Shown: positions 12,511 through 26,112 of the stretch, in pieces
Layout: the number at the start of each line of letters is the position of its first letter
How positions within the stretch are numbered: the stretch's first letter is position 1
DNA from: Antedon mediterranea
Taxonomy: Eukaryota; Animalia; Echinodermata
Reading direction: 5' to 3'
Assembly: GCF_964355755.1 (NCBI RefSeq)
Contig: NC_092677.1
Span: forward strand, 19,676,101-19,740,100
DNA length: 64,000 nt
The notes under the pieces: model-generated
What the model was told of the DNA's origin: nothing
The model's database searches: none
What the model saw: the letters and a program-made list of their open reading frames with translations, nothing else
Position numbers and translations under genes: made by a program

Positions 12511-13738
12511 TAAAAGTCATAGTTTGCTTAACAGTAATTTGTATTACATAGCCTACAGTTTGTAAATACAATAACAAAATGGAATCACATGACTACCATT
12601 CCAAGGTTTGAAAACATTACAACATTATCAAATGGGTGCAACTAGCACTTTGAACTACTGTATGAAGTCCAGAAACAGATTGATGCAAATTGTTCATAGT
12701 ATTTATGTTTATATTTTATCTAATTAATATTTTTTTCCAAAAGTGACTGGAAATAATAAGAAACAATAATCTTAATTTAATGACATTTTACTGACAACCT
12801 AAATAATACAGTGATTGTTTATGATATTCTGTTATAGTACCCCTAATTATATTTAAATTTGACGTGGATAATGATTTTTTAAGAGTTTCATGGCGATTTC
12901 AGATGGTTCCAGAGAGTTTGGTATTAAAATTAACACATTTGTACTGGAATATCTATATGAAGTTTGAACATTATCAACCATCTTGGATCCAAAGTAGCAG
13001 CCAAAATAGGGTATAAATGGCACTTAGAATATTTGTTCGTTATACAATTTTTATTAAATTTCCCAATTATCGGGCTGCGGTGAATCGATTTTTTCATTTT
13101 GTTGCTTTTCATGTCTCGCCATACAAAAAGTCATAAGAAAGAACAGATATCACACAGCATTTACAGAACGGTAGGGCCTATAATACACACAATCTTCATT
13201 TGTAAAGTGTACTCAATAAAGTGACAAACTACCCAATTTTTTATTCGATAAAAACGAATTAAACAGCGTTAGAACACGGGCCCAGGCCCATTTTTCGTGC
13301 CTTGTCACGTCTGTGCCCCTTTTTCTTCAAGGCTGGTGGGTCAATGTAGCAAAAATAATAGATATACCTAGACAAAATTAGAACAGAATATATATATATA
13401 TATATATAAATAAATGAAAGACGCTAGTAAATTACCAACTGAACATTTTATTGCACTACAGGCTGTTTCATATATATATATATATAAATGTTCGGTTCAA
13501 TGTAACCGTCTAGAAAGTGCTCAATACGGTAAAGTAGAGCTAAAATATACGTTAAGTCTGGATATATATATATATATATAGGTAACTTTATTCCAAAAAA
13601 TGAATTTACTTTTGTGGTAAATATCTCTTAAAGACATATCAGAGCAACATATATCAAAAATGGAGAAAAATGTAGTTGAAGAAATTAGGTTAATGTCCAT
13701 AAAACCAAAATGGCCACTTACTACAGTATTTTTATATA

Positions 13739-16316
13739 GGGTCATTCCATCTCAGATCACCCAATGAGTTAAACCCTACCTCTTCCAATTTTGATGAAAT
13801 TTGGTATATGGGTGATTCATAGCAATTAAAGCCAAAATATCAAATTTTAACTTTATCGGACCAACGGTTTTTAAGATATCGCAATTTCACTTTTCGGTTT
13901 TTACGCAAAAAAGGGCGCGTCCGCCACGTTTCAAAGAGCTGTATCTCGGGAACTATAGGTTCGATTTTAAAAGCAAAGGTATTTTTGTAAAGGGGAGACC
14001 ATAAGGAATCTAAATATACTAATTGTGTGTGTTTTATGTTAATTTTAAGTTGAATAAAACTTTGACATATATTTTGACCTTGAAATTGACCCCGTGGAAC
14101 ACGCCCGTTTTGTTGGTGACTATCATGAAAAATGTAGCCCTACGTGTCAACTACAACATATAAAAAAATTGGAGGGGTTTTTTTTCTTTGTTTCCATGAA
14201 ATTACAATTTGAAGTTGACATACCTCTTCCTTTTAGTGTATTTTTGGTGTCTGTCCATGCATTACTTCAATGTCAATTTGATGTATTCCAAAATTAATTT
14301 TATTTACAAACTAAATATTATTATAATGTTACAATTGTCTATGTCTGGCCTTTACTCCTTGTCATCTGGACAATTCAAACAGTATTTAGAAATGTTGTGG
14401 CGATCATTTTGGGAAATACTGTAATTCCTAGTCGAAGAGGATTTTATAAACGGAGAGGCTATAATACAATGTACATTTGATTCAGGAATCCAACAACAGT
14501 CTTCTTTGGACGGCCAATAAAAGGTTTTCGCTGACCCATGAGGATGCATAAATTTAATTTGAAAATCCCCAAACTCTTCTGAGAGTGAGACATCCACCAC
14601 CAAACCAATCCATGGGACACCATCATAACTACAGCACACAAAATTCTGAAGTCTAATAATGGTGGGTTGTGTATCAGCAACAATTTCATTTTCATCACTG
14701 AAAGATTCTTGAATCACTACCACATCCGGAGGGTTTATCTGGGTACTAAGTTTGTAGACCTGCATCTGTGCCAGAGAAACGGGAACAAAGCGATGATATT
14801 CTAATGTACCCTTGATGGTCTGGGCGAGGTTGAATCTCGGCTTTATTTCTTTTTCCACAGTAGATACCTCATCTATTCCCACATGAAAAAAGTTGATGCC
14901 TGGAATGTCCATATGAGCGAGTCATATGGCCGAGCGGTTAAGGCAGGGGCGCCGTTTACCGTACCTAAAAGAGCCAACAACAACATCGGCAAGGGTTCGA
15001 GGCCGACTCGCTCCGTTCTGGTGGTGGAACAAGTCTTCTCGGATAAGGACTATAAACCGTAGGTCCAGTCCAGTTATAACATGTGTGTACTTTAAAGAAC
15101 CCAGTTCATTATTCGAAAAAGAGTAGGGGGTTACCCCGGTGAACTGGTTCACACAATAGCCCCTGTATCAGGGGGATTACCACCTATCTGATAGGACAGT
15201 GATTAATTCACTATTGATAATCCTTGGCCACATTGCCTAAAGACATATAATAAAAATAAAAAATTACACAGTAGTCGAACATACTGAGAGATGTGATAAT
15301 ATGACATTCAGTCAAACGCTGTAAGCTTCTCTTAGTGACAAGCCTCTTAACTGTTCCACCTATGCCATCACACGCACTCTTGCCATGTGATGTAGCGAAA
15401 AAATTCCACTCGGCGTCTAAACCAAAATCTTCCTGGTGGTGGCAAAGGTTAATAAAGTTATATTTGTTTTTGTATTGGCCGCCACATCCATCTGTGAAAT
15501 AATGAACTTTTTTCATGGTTGGTAGTTTTGTTTTTATATAGGGGATGACAACCTTTAAAAAGGCATATACAGTAACTGTTGTATGTTCTCTGCAATCACT
15601 TATTATGCATATGTTAATGTGCATAATAACATAGTAAGGACACTAAACTATGTGTCAAAATTGATTTGAAAAGTATGCGAGTTACCCAGTATTTCTCATA
15701 TCAAAATATATCTACTGTTTAAGTGGGCCTGATGAGAAAGCGTAACAATAAGACACCTTAACAGTTAGTGTTCACACTGTGTATAAGTATAACAACACCA
15801 AAAATACACTATAAAGGAAGAGGTATGTCAACTTCAAATTGTAATTTCATGGAAACAAAGAAAAAAAACCCCTCCAATTTTTTTATATGTTGTAGTTGAC
15901 ACGTAGGGCTACATTTTTTGTGATAGTCACCAACAAATCGGGCGTGTTCCACGGGGTCAATTTCAAGGTCAAAATATATGTCAAAGTTTTATTCAACTTA
16001 AAATTAACATAAAACACACACAATTAGTATATTTAGGTTCCTTATGGTCTCCCCTTTACAAAAATACCTTTGTTTTTAAAATCGAACCTATAGTTCCCGA
16101 GATACAGCTCTTTGAAACGTGGCGGCCGCGCGCTTTTTTGCGTAAAAACCGAAAATTGAAATTGCGATATCTCGAAAACCGTTGGTCCGATAAAGTTAAA
16201 ATTTGAAATTTTGGCTTTAATTGCTATGAATCACCCATATACCAAATTTCATCAAAATTGGAAGAGGTAGGGTTTAAAATTCCATTTTTTTTGGGTGAAC
16301 TGAGATGGAATGACCC
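13739..16316 (-). mobile_element. Sola2-like DNA transposon, internally deleted, with ~510-bp TIRs and a 4-bp TATA TSD
   Basis: TATA|GGGTCATTCCATCTCAG ... CTGAGATGGAATGACCC|TATA. Arms at 13739-~14250 and ~15795-16316. The transposase remnant on the minus strand (15624-15260, 14912-14352) reads YFTDGCGGQYKN...WNFFATSHGKSACDGIGGTVKR. Sola2 is assigned from recalled motifs, GRG termini and long TIRs. Confidence 0.85.
14914..15262 (+). mobile_element. tRNA-derived SINE with a Deu/Nin-like core, inserted in the Sola2 transposase
   Basis: A-box tggccgagcggttaagg and B-box ggttcgaggcc. Core ggataaggactataaaccgtaggtcc...taaagaaccc...gagtagggggttaccccggtg. A-rich tail. It splits the transposase ORF into two pieces. 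Confidence 0.8.
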
Positions 16317-16524
16317 TATATCGGGTATAGTCTAGGCAATCTAGAATTTAAAGTCAAACCTAAGATCACGAAAGCTAAGACCACGAAACTTAAGACCCAA
16401 CACCTAAGATTACCAATAGTTCTCTTTCACATCTGCCTTGTATTTTAACTCTAAATTTGTTAACCAACCTTAGAATTAGATGATGAAGAATCAATAAAAT
16501 AACAATAATTTTTTAAATCAATTT

Positions 16525-17075
16525 TAATGATTTTACAGACGTTTTTCTCATGCAAATTTCGCATACTCTACGTCCAATATTTTGTTTCTATAAAACGCCA
16601 AAAGAGCAACATTAATAGAAGGCTAAAAAAACTATGTGGAATTCATTTATTTAACTCATTTTGTGGTGAAAATCATGTTAAATTCAATATATTTTGTCAC
16701 TGTCAATACAAATAAAATGTTACTGTTGATACTTTACACGGTTTCGTTAGCTTTAAGAATAAAATCGACACATTCATCTCTCTTATGACTAGGCCTAGAG
16801 TAGTAGTAGTGATGCTGATTTTAAGATCGATTAATATTCTTTGAAAATAGAAAAGTATCAGCAGTAACATATTACAGCATTTTTATTGACAAATTGAAAA
16901 AATGTATTGAAATTAAACCTACATTTCACCAATATTAAGGCATTAAATGTAAACGCATTCCATCGAGTTTTCAGCCCTCTATTATTGTTGCTCTTTTGGC
17001 GCTCCATAGAAACGAAAATATTGAAAGTTGAGTATGCGAAAGTGTGTGACGAGAAACACGTCTGTAAAATCACCA
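16525..17075. repeat. Degenerate inverted repeat/foldback element (~200-bp arms)
   Basis: 16525-16720 is mirrored by 16870-17075. The two spurious ORFs on opposite strands (MILQTFFS.../MVILQTCFSS...) translate similarly. Confidence 0.7.
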
Positions 17076-17781
17076 ATTTTCACGCTGCTGCTCTAGCCCG
17101 CTACGTCCCATTAGGACTACTCAATCAGAAGCTAAAGCAAGCAGCAGTTATAGTTCTAAGGACAGACAGTTTTGTGAAAATGGAAACTCCACTATACTTT
17201 ATTGATTCCAGCTGCTACAGTTGTAGACCCAAAAAACGTCTGGGAAAGAGTCTATTAGGACATGTCATGCTAAAATTACAAATCCCTAAGCATTTCTGGT
17301 ATATTCACTGTCAGATATTCATTGAATTATTATCGAAACAGTCCATTAAAGTTTGTGTTTGTAATAGGATACTTCACAATTGAAATATCTAGGGTGATGA
17401 AGTGACCCCCAGATTTGACCTTAGCAATAAAATTGACTAAAGTGACAGAAATTGAGTATTCACTTCTGTAACAAAAAAATAATATTTATTCACATATAAA
17501 AAAAGAAAAGAAACCCAAAAACCATTGTCTGACAGACAATTTAATTATTTGTAGCTTTAAATTACATTTTTTCAGGTAAAATAACTATTATGTGACAATA
17601 AAATGACACATTCAAAAACATTTGAAATAAAAAATATTTTTCAATATGCGAGCAGCGTTTTTTGTAAGAAATATTTCTTGTTATTTATAAATAATAAGTA
17701 TTTGTTACTTTTTATTTGAATCTCTTTTATAAAGTACTTATGAGGTTCTAATGTGTGGCATTCAGGATAAAGTTAGTTGAA

Positions 17782-18010
<229 letters not shown>

Positions 18011-18371
18011 ACAAGAGGCAAAGAACATTAATTTTCGAAATGAAATGTACCGCAGAACTGGCACAATATATAGGCTGAGCCAGGTATGCGGGACATGGTA
18101 CACCGATTATGAACACATAGAGTGAACAAGCTCAACGAGCGTGCTTTGCAGAATGCTAATAGTATTCACAACAAAAATGCACTGTTTCGAACTGAAGAGT
18201 GCTCTACAAAACAACATACCATATAATAGAAGAAAGTAGAGGACCGTAATATCCCATCTGCAGACAGTAGGCCTACTCATTCGATCTTATTAGGTCAGTG
18301 CAGCTCAGGTTTTCGAAATGAAATGTACCGCAAAACTGGCACAATATATAGGCTGAGCCAGGTATGCGGGA

Positions 18372-19269
18372 CGCGATTTTTTTTTTCGTACATAAGTTGG
18401 GGACCCCTCATGAAACGTCACAAAATTAACATGAATAATTCATCAGTTAAATGTGTTGTTCCGCGTGCACCCAAGCGTATAGCAACAAGAAGCGATTACA
18501 CAACTGCGATACGATACTTTCTACAGTAGGCCTAGGATTCTAAGTTAATTCACGCGATTGCCTTTGCGCACTCTTCTTCACACAAAATGTGTCGAGTCGA
18601 GGCTAATCGACAGCTAGGCAAGACATTAAACTAAGTAGTAATTCATTGGACATAGCCCAAAGAAAGCTTAGACCCACAAGAATAAAGAATGTGTATAATT
18701 TGTGTACTGTATTTTTTTTAATTCTGCTATTTTATTATCAAACAATGCATGTACTCAAAGGAACTTTAAAAATGCGCGTATTTTATGAACACATGAGATG
18801 GGAAGATTAGACCCACGAGAATAAAAACTGTTTATTGTTTAATTTTGCTGACTTATTACTCGGATTGTGTCATACCTATAACACACACACACACACACAC
18901 AGCTCTACTAGAATAGACATATGTTTAGAGACTAATAATTAGGCCTAGGCCTAATAGTATTAATAGAAACTATAATTTTAACACATAATTCTTTAGTAAT
19001 AAATTATATTAAAAACACTATCATAAACTAAAGGCTGATTGTTTCGACAATCCACACAAAACGCCGCTATTCTTCTATGAAATCGCATGCACGCCGCAAC
19101 AACAGCGCGGAGATAGGCCTAGAATCGTACCGCACTTGTGTAATCACTTCTTGTTGCTATACGCTTGGGTGCACACGGAACAAGAACATTTAACTGATGA
19201 ATTATTCATGTTTATTTTGTGACGTTTCATGAGGGGGTCCCCAACTTATGTACGAAAAAAAAAATCGCG
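18372..19269. mobile_element. MITE with ~140-bp TIRs (superfamily uncertain)
   Basis: cgcgatttttttttcgtacataagttggggacccctcatgaaacgtcac... is mirrored at 19130-19269. It is inserted in the second copy of an ~85-bp duplicated segment whose empty form is at 18033-18118. A degenerate relative lies at ~1335-1915. Confidence 0.8.
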
Positions 19270-19331
19270 GGAACATGGTACACCGATTATGAACATAATA
19301 ATTATATATAATGCGTTATCCAAATTCTTTC

Positions 19332-19470
19332 ACTTGCACTGATGAAGGGCTAGTGTTGCCCGAGAGCTCTTCTAACTTTTCTGGCTGTTTTACTTTATCG
19401 TTTTGATTTAGCTTTTCGCTTTTTTTTTTGTATCTCCATTGAGATCCAGCCACTGATACCCACACACATT
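19332..19470 (+). mobile_element. Penelope-like element terminal fragment with a mutated minimal hammerhead motif
   Basis: gca-CTGATGA-a-gggc(tagtgtt)gccc-GAGA-gctc. Nearly identical to 30666-30785 except GAAA is GAGA. Confidence 0.6.
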
Positions 19471-19559
19471 TTAATTAATTAATTTGTATATTCAAAAATT
19501 AATTAAATTTTAGTATACCACCGGGCGGTCTTCAATGATGTGTGTGATTTTACTACAAG

Positions 19560-20320
19560 CATGTGTATGCGATTTTTTTTTACCTACTGTAATATTGTTT
19601 GGGCCAATAATTTTAAATCAAATCTCGATCAAATTCATAAGCTCCAAAAGAAGGCCGTACGCATTATATCTGGCTCGCCACCCCTTGCTCATTCTGATCC
19701 CCTCTTTTATAATTTAAATTTACTGTTATGACATTAATAAATTACAACAATATATCTTTGTTTACGAAGCTTTGCATTCTCTTCTTCCATCCAATTTATG
19801 CTTCTTCTTAAAAAACTCTGATTTTCACTCCTATTCTACTAGAACTTGCAACAAACTTCATCTTCCTCAGCCCAAACTTACGTTGCTCCAACAACGTCCG
19901 TTATAGCGGTGTTAAATTACGGTATATAATGACCTTCCTCCTGAAATCACTGCAACCCCCTCCAGGAAAATTTTCTCTCATAAAGCTAAACAATTTCTTT
20001 TGTCAAAATATGATTTATAAAATGTTCTTTTATACCATCCTCAGCTTTTATATCACATGATCGTTTGTTCCCTTTTTTTTTCTCTTTTTTCTTGCCCTGT
20101 CCTGTCTGTGTGTTTGTGTACGTTAATTAATTTGTAATTTTTATTTATATTATTCATTTAGGGCTTGCTCGTCACAAAGGTCGTTTGATTAATAGAATTT
20201 CTGTTTTTTATCTGGCGTTACTTTTTGAGTTTTGCCCTCTTCCTTCATTTTACAATTTATATTGGATATTTGTTGTTATTTTACTGTGGAAGAAATAAAT
20301 GTTAATTTGAATTGAAATTT
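19560..20320 (+). mobile_element. Degenerate CR1-group (Crack/Daphne/L2-like) LINE 3' end
   Basis: YCNIVWANNFKSNLDQIHKLQKKAVRIISGSPPLAHSDPLFYNLNLL, followed by frameshifted sequence, aataaa and a (ttgaa)n-like tail. Confidence 0.7.
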
Positions 20321-20554
20321 GGTGTAATGATTATGTAACCTGCCTTTCAACAATAGAACAGCAACGCAAAAAAAACAAACGGGTGAATTCGAAAAGAAAT
20401 AGGGTTTTTAAAACTACTCGTATAAAAAAACCTGTAAATTTAATCAATTTATGTTTTAAAATTAAAAATCACAAATTATAACTCTTGCCTCTTTTACAAA
20501 AATGTAGTTTTTTGGACTAGTAGTTCTCGAGAAGATGAAATTTAAGTTTACTTA

Positions 20555-21250
20555 TTACTTTAAGACTGCACGAATGTGCGATACTCGGGGTACAGCAAAA
20601 GAAGCTGTAATGACTGTCATAAGACGGGATGTAACGTCACATGCACATCAATAACCTCGCTACCAAATACGACTATATTCCGAAAAGTTACGTCACATAA
20701 CCGGAAATGGCATAATTACGGTAGGCCTAAATTATGAAATCTCAAAGTGATTTTTTGCTATCTCCGGGGGCAGAAGTGACGTCACAATATCATAAATAGG
20801 TTTTACTGTATATATTCTTATTCTCCAAGTAACCTTTGAAATATGACACCAAACACGGCTATATTACGACAAAAATCGTTTGGCACCAAGGTACCATCTT
20901 CGAGACGTCATATGGCTGTATCAGGTTTGAAATTTAAAATTCCGGCTCTATAGCTTTGAGGAAATATCCCTGTATGTAGTATACCCATGCCAAATCCCAG
21001 CTCAATACTACAACGAATAAGGAAGGAGTAGTACTTTATAAATCGCACTTTTTTCGATTGGTACCATGTTTATGACGTCATAATTCTGCATCCGGTTAAA
21101 GTACGAAAATGTTCTTTCTATAGCTTTGTTCACCTATTACCCTAGTATATGCATGCCATGTTTCAGAGCCGTCAGACGACGCGTAAAGAACTAGTAGGAC
21201 TTGAAAGTTGGCTCAATAGTCCAGACTCGGCTACCCCGAGTAAATTAAAA
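20555..21250 (-). mobile_element. HINE/DINE-1-like element, second family
   Basis: Subterminal inverted repeat tactcggggta (~20582) / taccccgagta (~21232), a terminal hairpin gcac-gaat-gtgc and internal tandem modules. Confidence 0.55.
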
Positions 21251-23058
21251 GTAGTCCAGAATTGGGACCGTTGAGTGGTCCTTGACAATGTATATCCGTA
21301 TTTTCATTTGGTAAAGATCTTGTAATTACTTTTTGAGTAATCCTGCTAACAAACAAATGAAAGCACTCAGAAACTGAGTGAAGGACTTGGCAAAATGTAT
21401 CCACTGATAGGGAGCATCTTGAATATTACATTATATTTTTTTTGCTTTAGGTATTAGCTTTTCATGGTTCAAATCCTGCTGGGGTTTATAATTTGTTTAA
21501 ATAATTTTTAATACAAACAAACTCCGTCATTGCAACAATGACCATTCTAAAAGATTGACCAGGAATTGAGGAGTGTCTTGAAGCTGTGCCGATTTTCGGC
21601 GCCCCTGCTTTAACCCATGGAGTAAGCTTAATATTAATATATCGTACGGAGGATAAGCTTTAGAGTGACATGACCAATATATCAATTTTCTTGAAAATCA
21701 AGGCATGTTGAACTGTTCTTGTCAGTTTTTGAATTTTTAGGACCAGCAGAATTCATTTCAACTGGTGGCCAATTTTTCCCGACCCTATTTTGGCCGCCAT
21801 CTTGGATTTCAAAATGGCCCCCATTTTTTACTCAAAACTGACAGTAGCTCCTGTTTTAAACCACGTACGAACGTAATTTGTGTGATAAATCTTACAATAT
21901 TATGATAAATCAGTCATATGGTACAATTTATAATAATAGCATATTGCAGACATATTGAATTCCAAAATAACCACCATTAAAAACGTATATAATGTATGCA
22001 TTTTATAGTCAGGTTCCTCGTGTATTTCCGTAGGATTTTAATGCTCAAAGTGAGATTTCACCATGGTAACAGCCCCAAGATCAAAATGGCGCCCAATTGG
22101 CCCTATCTCTGTATCCCTTTGATCTATCAACAAGATATTGGTATCAAAATACTCGGAGCGTAAATATTTATATTCATTGTAATGGAACATGTTGACGAAA
22201 TGTAATAGAAAATGAAATTTTTCTGCACTATTGACTTTTGACCTTGACTTGCATTGTATCTAAAAAACGGCTGGTCATTGAAATTTAAAAATGGTCTCAA
22301 ATTGAGAGACCATACATATTTATATTTATTGTAATGCAACATTTTGTTAGAAAATGACCGGAAGTAAAGTTATTGACCTTTGACCTAATAAACATGAACT
22401 TGATGTATACAATAAGCATTTATCTATTTGAGAATGTATCGTTAATTATTTGTGGTAAGTATTAAACAATGGGTTTATACATATTATTATCATTTGAATA
22501 TTTAATTTCTAATTCACATACTTAGTTTTTATATATTTTATAAATATTAATCAATCATTACCATGCATTTATTGTGTCAGCATCCTCGTCCCAGACAGTC
22601 AAAGGAGTGAGAGTGGTTGATTCTTAAACTTTGTACCTTCCCATTTTATTTCCTAATGCTTGTTTTTCTTGAAACAATTTCATATATATAGGTTTCTCAT
22701 ACATTGAACTGCTGCCGGCCATACATTATTACGTGGTCGTAGATGATAATTTGATTGCTTGGTTCAGTTGCTTGATTAGACGTTCCTTGGAGTTGCTTCT
22801 TTGATGTTTCGATATAAGTAATCTTCCAATGCTAACATTGACTGACTGCCATTTTGTAGTTATATCGCCAAGCCAAGGAATCATTTTAGATTAGATAGAG
22901 TGAGATTGTTAGAAGTGACCAAGAGGTTTTGGATGTTTACATATAAAAATATGTATAAATCCATTGTTTAATACCTACCACAAATAATTGCCGATTATTG
23001 TATACATCAAGTTCATGTTTATTAGGTCAAAGGTCAATAACTTTACTTCCGGTCATTT

Positions 23059-24087
23059 TTAGTCGCGTGGAAGCGACTCTATAGTTCACTATGTCGGTCG
23101 GTCGGTCTGTCGGTCTGTCGGTCCGGTATCACTATGCGTTTTATCGCTTTCTGACCTTATCTTGATATCAGTTTAATCTAGCTAGGTCAATTTTTCACAG
23201 TATATTCCTTATGGCCAGGAATCGATGTGGTTATGTTTTCACGGTGCGCAATAAAAAACTACGCGGTCTACGCACGATTTAACGAAATCACGTTTGTAAT
23301 CATATCTTCACAACCATGAATCACAATTAAATAAAATTTGGTACTCATAAATTTCAGGGCATAAATCATCATATGGCAATACAATTACGTGCGTAGCGCA
23401 TGTAACGCATGCGTACGCGCGCTTAAAATTTTCAAAATTTATTTTAAGATAAGATAAGATAAGATAAGATAACTTTTATTGATCCTCAAAAAGGAAATTC
23501 ATTGCTCGTCATAATAACAAGAAAACACAATAAAAACAAATATAGCATAAAACCATTCATATAAAAACATAAAAAAATACAAGATAAAATTATCTTCTTG
23601 ACTTTCTGTTGTACTGGATGATACCGGAGAGAATAAAGGATTTGGCATATCGATTTGTTTTCACACTGAGGAGCCTCAATCTACCACTTGGATTAAGTTG
23701 GTCTATGATCACTTTGTGGAAGAGTACGTTTCAGGCAATTTTAAGCGTTTACAAAATTGACATGAGTGCGCATATTTTTGCGCGCGCACTGCGCGTTAAA
23801 TGTTATTGCGCACTCTTTTTGCCCGATTTCTGTTTTCTTGACTTGCTTTTCAACTCGGAATTACGTTATACGAGCACGTCAAAAGTGACAGGCTACGCAC
23901 GTGTAAATTTAAAAAAATATAAATGTTTTTAAAAATTTCAACATTTTTAAACATGTTCAGTAATTTCGGTCAGTATAGTTCACTATGTCGGTCGGTCGGT
24001 CTGTCTGTCGGTCTGTCTGTCGGTCTGTCTGTCGGTCCGGTATCACTATGCATTGTAGCACGCGACTTAATGGCTGTTGGCCTTGTT
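23059..24087 (+). mobile_element. HINE/DINE-1-like element with (GTCG/GTCT)n microsatellite, third family
   Basis: Starts ttttagtcgcgtgg, has subTIR agtcgcgtg/cacgcgact and tetranucleotide repeats, and ends ggctgttggccttgtt. It is inserted in a T-run and cleanly interrupts the foldback arm. A 5' fragment of the family is also at ~3001-3050. Confidence 0.8.
23446..23730 (-). mobile_element. Severely 5'-truncated Rex1/Babar-type LINE
   Basis: The minus strand encodes LNPSGRLRLLSVKTNRYAKSFILSGIIQYNRKSRR-stop, then a 3' UTR and (ATCTT)n tail. Confidence 0.7.
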
Positions 24088-25976
24088 TAACAAAAGGTTG
24101 CATTACAATAAATATAAATACAGTATGTTGGTCTCAGCAATTTGAGACCATCTTTAAATTTCAATGACCAGCCGTTTTTTAGATACAATGCAAGGTCAAA
24201 GGTCAATAGTGCAGAAAAATAGCATTTCCTATTACATTTCGTCAAAATGTTTCATTACAATGAATATAAATATATACGCTCCGAGTATTTTGATACCAAT
24301 ATCTTGTTGATAGACCAAAGGGATACGGAGATAGGACCAATTGGGGGCCATTTTGACCTTGGGGCTGTTACCATGGTTACGGGATCGTGAAAATTGGTTA
24401 CCTAGCATTTTTGGTATCCTACCACCATATTAAAGAAGTGAAATCTCACTTTGGGCATTAAAATCCTACGAAAATACACGAGGACCCTGACTATAAAATG
24501 CATACATTATATACGTTTTTAATGGCGGCCATCTAGGAATTCAATATGGCTGCCATATGCTATTATTATAAATTGTACCATTGGACTTATTTATCATAAT
24601 ATTGTAAGATTTATCACACAAATTACGTTCGTACGTGGTTTAAAATAGGAGCTACTATCAGTTTTGAGTAAAAACGGGGGCCATTTTGAAATCCAAGATG
24701 GCGGCCAAAATAGGGTCGGAAAAAATTGGCCCCCAGTTGCAATGAATTCTGCTGGTCCCAAGGATTCCAAAACTGCCAAGAACTCAACTTGAGCATTAAA
24801 ATCTCACGGAACTGATTTTTGGAACATTAGGTTCCCCACTATGTTTAAAAATCATGTTCGCAGTAACTTTATATTTTTTTAATTAATTTAACAAAAACCT
24901 TTAAACAAATTGATTGTTTTGATATTAAATTCGATATTTAAAGCCTTTTGAACGTTATACATTTTTAAAACAAAAGACTCAACTCCATACGCTACATAGG
25001 AATAGTTGGACACAAACATAGCTTCTACTCGATTCAAAGTCGAAACTCTGCCTCAATGATGCAGAGCCATAATAATATAAATGGCTCTGCCTCAATGTAA
25101 TAAACAGCGCCCACAAATGTGAAAACGATCATCGCCCACAAACTAAAAATAAATCTTTGCCCAAAAATATTTAAAAAAGTCAGTTTTAGTGCTAGACCTA
25201 AATGATCTATATATATTTTGTAATAAATACTATTTTAATAGATTTAATATATACATTTATGCAAACGTATTGCTTGGCGATAAATGGACCATCCAATCTT
25301 TCTTCCAGGTGTCAATTCCTTAACGCATGTGTAATAACAATGACCAAAAACCAGTACACTCAACAGAAATTCGATCATGTGACTGCGGGGGTGGGATATG
25401 TTTTGCTGTTGTTTTTATTCAAATAATGAGCTAGCGTTTTCCGTCGCCGTGTACAATCAACTTTATTACTGCAGTTCCAACCACCATCAATTGATCAGAC
25501 AGATAAAGAAATATATATGTAACGCTAATAAACGCTACAAAAAGGAAAAAGAAAAAATCCATGTTTGACACGAATTTTATAATTTGATGAAGATACAACT
25601 TAAAAATGACAAGACAATAATGTGGCAAGCCGACACCATGCATTAAACAAAATTCAAGTCATAGTTTATTTTTTAAATTCTTATAGTGACAATTATATTT
25701 GGCTACAGAATTAGGCCTTACATCGTTTTTGTATTCATTAGCTTTGTGTACATTTTGATACTTTCCAGTTATTTACGCCAAAGTTCGTGTATTCGATGTG
25801 GGCAATTTACGCAAGGACATATCATATAGGACGAAAGTTTTATTCGTTTTCGGACACATTTCAGTAAATCGCGCATAACCTTTTTCTAAATGGTTTACAA
25901 CATGGGTTCATACTTTCCGCACTAATACTGTACCCGCAATTGAAAACCATTAGGCCTAATAATTAAGTTGAGTTAA

Positions 25977-26112
25977 GCTCTGTCTACACTATCAAATTAG
26001 TTTTACAAAAAAAGTGTGATATGCCCAAATATGGTAGTGATATGACATCACCATGTCCATATATAGGCACATCACATTTTCTTGTCACATAAAGTATGAT
26101 GGTGTAGACTTT
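25977..26112. mobile_element. Small palindromic MITE (PIF/Harbinger-like ends)
   Basis: gtctacactatcaaa...tgtgatatgccc / ggcacatcaca...tgatggtgtagac form an imperfect ~135-bp palindrome. Confidence 0.55.

Larger units (their letters stand above)
21710..24790. mobile_element. Foldback element with ~780-bp inverted arms, containing nested insertions
   Basis: Left arm 21710-22490 is mirrored by 22945-23058 plus 24088-24790 (for example ggccgccatcttggatttcaaaatggccccc / gggggccattttgaaatccaagatggcggcc). The exact termini are not resolved. Confidence 0.85.

Noticed and set aside
14914-15015. Functional tRNA gene
   Set aside because: The anticodon/variable region is expanded and non-canonical, and it continues into a SINE core and tail.
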